A stretch of 64,000 nt of DNA, from positions 744,001 through 808,000 of the forward strand of contig JBBPEB010000017.1 in assembly GCA_039096225.1 (NCBI GenBank), given 5' to 3'. Numbering within the stretch: the stretch's first letter is position 1; each line of letters opens with the position of its first letter. The stretch is from Blastocystis sp. Blastoise. Lineage: Eukaryota; Protista; Bigyra: Opalinata. Both the position numbers and the translations under genes were made by a program. This document shows positions 58,208 through 64,000 of the stretch, one piece after another. The notes beneath the pieces are model-generated. The model was not told the origin of the DNA and ran no database searches. It saw only the letters and a program-made list of their open reading frames with translations.

Positions 58208-59653
58208 TTCTAAAAACATTCAATAACTATTTTTATTCCTACTCTATTTTATTTATTTATATATATAAAAGTTGTATTTACTTTAATAATTTGCTTTAAT
58301 TATATTGTTATTTTTTTTTCTTTTTAATTTTTATATAATTTCTTTTTTATAATCTATATATATATTTTTCTTTGTAAGTATTATTATTATTCTTGTTAAT
58401 ATATATATCTACTATCTTAAGTATATATTGTTACCTTTTCAGATTTTACTGATTATTTTAATATATATATGTATATATATTAAAATATTCTTATATATAA
58501 TTTATTTTTTTTTTATAATTTTTTTCTAAACCATATATATATTTATTTTTTTTTTTAAATCTATTCTCTTTTTTTACTAATTATATATACAATTTTTTCT
58601 ACTCTCTTATTATTATTTTTTTTTTTATAAATTATTTAATACTTTTTTAATATTTTTTTATATTATGTATATCTTTTTTCTTATCTATTTTTTCTGCTAT
58701 CTCTATGTATATTTTTAATTATAAATATATATATTTCTAAGTTTATTTTATTATTAGAGAACTTGTCACTCTCTTTTTTTATTTATCTTCAGCAATATAT
58801 ATATTTATATAAATATTGTATGTAGTATATTTTTCTTTCATTTCGTTAGTGTTTTTCTATATTTATTTATTTATTTGTATTTTCCATTATATTATATATA
58901 TATTTTTAAATCTTATTTTTAAACCATAAATTTTTTAAATTCATGGTTCTTTATATAAATATATTTTTATTTAAAGCAATTTATAATTAATTCATTTATA
59001 GTACTTCTTTTTATATATACTCATTTTAGTCTTAGGCTCTATTTTTATTGTATGTCGACTTTTCACTTTGTATTTCTTTATATATATATATTTTATTTTT
59101 TATTTACATTTTACATTGCTTTTTTATATTATTATATATATTTTTATTGTTATTTTATATTTTCGTATACATACCTATCTAGTCCAAATTTGTGTTTTGT
59201 TATTATTATTTATCAATAAGAAATGATATGTATAGTATTGCTAGTTACTATTCCCATCGTTTATATAATATTATACAACGAGTATAACTAATAATGAAAG
59301 AATTGTTTTTAAATGATATATCTGCTTTCGTGTTTATATTTTATTCTTCATATATAATTCAATTAACATATTGAATTATATTTTTATTTGTATATTGAGT
59401 CTTATAATGATAAAGAAATATGTAAATATTTTAGAGAAACAAACAAGCATATTATTTTTATAAAATAAAATACTGTAAGCATAAATTGAATTCTTTTATA
59501 GATATAGAATAAACATATAATTTTAACAAACACAACACATATATTTATAGCACAGAATCATGAATACAAAAAAAAGTGACATAAATTATTAGTATAAATA
59601 ACCATATTAAACAAAGAACATATATATATAATATTTTTAAAGAATAAAAAGTT

Positions 59654-62118
<2,465 letters not shown>

Positions 62119-63397
62119 CTTGTTCTATTCACAATAAATGGCAAATATCAACAAAATTATAATATAGTCCTGAAATAAAGGTGACAAAAGTATTCCATTC
62201 CCGTGAAAACATAACCGTCGACCAGTCATTTTTCGAAAGTTTGTTTAAACGTTTTTTTCTGTGGAAATACTGGTTGGTTTTTCTTTTTGATGAACGATTG
62301 GTTAATAATTATATAAAGTCTCAATCACTTTAAAGAAAAAGAAAATGTATCTATTTTCTTTCATTTAGGTGGACAACTTATTAAAGAATAACTTTAGTTA
62401 ATTCGGCTGGTTTTTACTCAACAAAGTCCAAAATGCTTGTTATATATATATATAAAGTATTCTCTATATTAGATCTAATTACTGCGAAAATACTAATTAG
62501 AAAGTAATTATTATTTTTTTATTTTTTGTTAGATTTATTTGAAAAATACATGACATATGTATTTGAAGATATTAAGTGATCCCTTTAAATATTTTTTAAG
62601 AATTTATAAATGAGTAATTCACCTAAAAGAAAACAATTACGTTTTTTGGCAACAAAAAAATTTTTTATTTTTTTTATTATATATAATAAACAAAGATTTT
62701 TAAAATTTTCCTCTTTTCAATTAAGAACTATCAAGTTTGTTAATTAACACTCATTAATAAGAGCGTGATGTATAAACCATATCGCATATATATCTGAAAA
62801 AAATAATTGAAATATTTATAATCACAATTTTAATACATATTATATTAACATTCCCATTACTATTGATGAAAATCGTATATATATTGGCTAGTTACCTGAT
62901 ATCAACTAATAACAACACAAATAATTACTAAATTCATATGTTTTATGAGTGAAAAAAAACATCTTACAAGAAATGACGAAATAATGGATGGAGTAACTCC
63001 CACACTCATAAATAAATAATCTGCATAGATTGCTAATTAATTCTAAACTAGATATGACATCATTTTATCAATAATGAAAGAATTTTCATCAATTAAATTT
63101 ATATTTCAATTCAAACTAAATAAAGATAATGAAATCATGTACATTCATAATCAATTGCTGTCTCTTAAGAATAAAAACAATTATGAAAACTTATTCATTT
63201 CTCCTTTTCCCTTGTTTGAACGAGTCGAGAAAAATTGCCAAAGAAAACGTTTTTGTTTATATTCACGGGAAAATCGTGAACATGTTCTTATTTTTTTTCT
63301 CTTTTATAAATTGTTCTTGTTCAATTCTTTTCTTTAAATCTGTGTATGTTGCCTAATCTACATATAATATATTATTACAATGACTATAGAATAAAAA

Positions 63398-63745
63398 ATG
63401 AACGCTCTTGGATTAATGAATAATAAACAATCTCCTTCTTCTCAAGGTACATCTTCTGCTGCTAAGAAAAATACTCCTCCTCCTACTGGAATTAATAAAG
63501 TCTATGCTGTTGTAAAACGTAATGTTTTTGAACCTATTCAACATTTATTTCATGGATTTAATATGGAATATAAGACAGTATAATATTTTTATCAATATTT
63601 TATTTCATAAAAGTTATATATTTTTATTTTAAGATTTCTCAGTATCTATATATATCATTATATATAGGTGAAATCATTTGTGTCTAGAATCGTTTGGGTT
63701 TGTACTGCTATTAGTGTACAAGTTATTCTTCCTTTATTCTTTGAA
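63398..63745 (+). CDS. Putative mitochondrial/MRO outer-membrane translocase subunit Tom22 (partial, 3' end not resolved in window)
   Basis: Exon 1 (63398-63577) plus exon 2 (63668-63745) give ...FNMEYKTVKSFVSRIVWVCTAISVQVILPLFFE. The W..T......P...E transmembrane pattern is characteristic of Tom22, and the basic N-terminus lacks the acidic cis domain. Confidence 0.55.
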
Positions 63746-64000
63746 GTACATATATATTATTTATTTAGAAGAATTGTATTTTTTTTTTGTTTCGTTGGTT
63801 TTTAAAAAATTTATTTATAACGTATAATAGTTATTTTTATAAATATATTATATTACATACTATTATATACTATTATAATATTATAATAATATATTATTAT
63901 ATACTATTATATAATAGCACATACTATTATATACATTACAAACTATTATATTATAATAATATACAATTATATACTATTATATACTATATATATATTATAT

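Noticed and set aside
59525-59532. Blastocystis-type polyadenylation-created stop codons (TGTTTGTT motif on the minus strand downstream of purF)
   Set aside because: The motif is present ~120 nt after the purF stop and may mark the poly(A) site. However, every complete gene reconstructed here has a genomically encoded stop, so there is no evidence for poly(A)-completed stops.

Overview
Very AT-rich (about 80% AT by eye), intron-dense eukaryotic genomic DNA read with the standard code. Several features suggest a Blastocystis-like anaerobic gut stramenopile, which is an inference and not a database result: short first introns, U12-type AT-AC introns, a bacterial-type enzyme carrying introns, and a giant HRM/Ig/lectin protein. 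By manual splicing I can reconstruct 13 protein genes: ceramide synthase (LAG1-like, +), PIF1 helicase (-), a four-domain GILT-like protein (-), UBE2T (-), a rifamycin-phosphotransferase (RPH)-like enzyme (-), an ML/NPC2 lipid-binding protein (+), a FYVE-like membrane protein (+), exportin-1 (-), a MEA1-like protein (-), a MORN-repeat protein (-), a ~3,500-aa secreted multidomain protein (+), PurF (-) and a partial Tom22-like gene (+). A ~10-kb gene desert (21.5-31.8 kb) holds a 7.8-kb segment bounded by inverted repeats with Kolobok-like AG...CT/TTAA ends. It contains a multi-intron, apparently non-coding unit and an extremely AT-rich core (candidate centromere), and it abuts a related MITE. 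Best leads: two apparent GG-AG introns in one gene, three AT-AC minor introns, the intron-bearing RPH homologue, the centromere-like TIR island and the tandem GILT protein. Most entries in the supplied ORF track are artefacts of intronic microsatellites.
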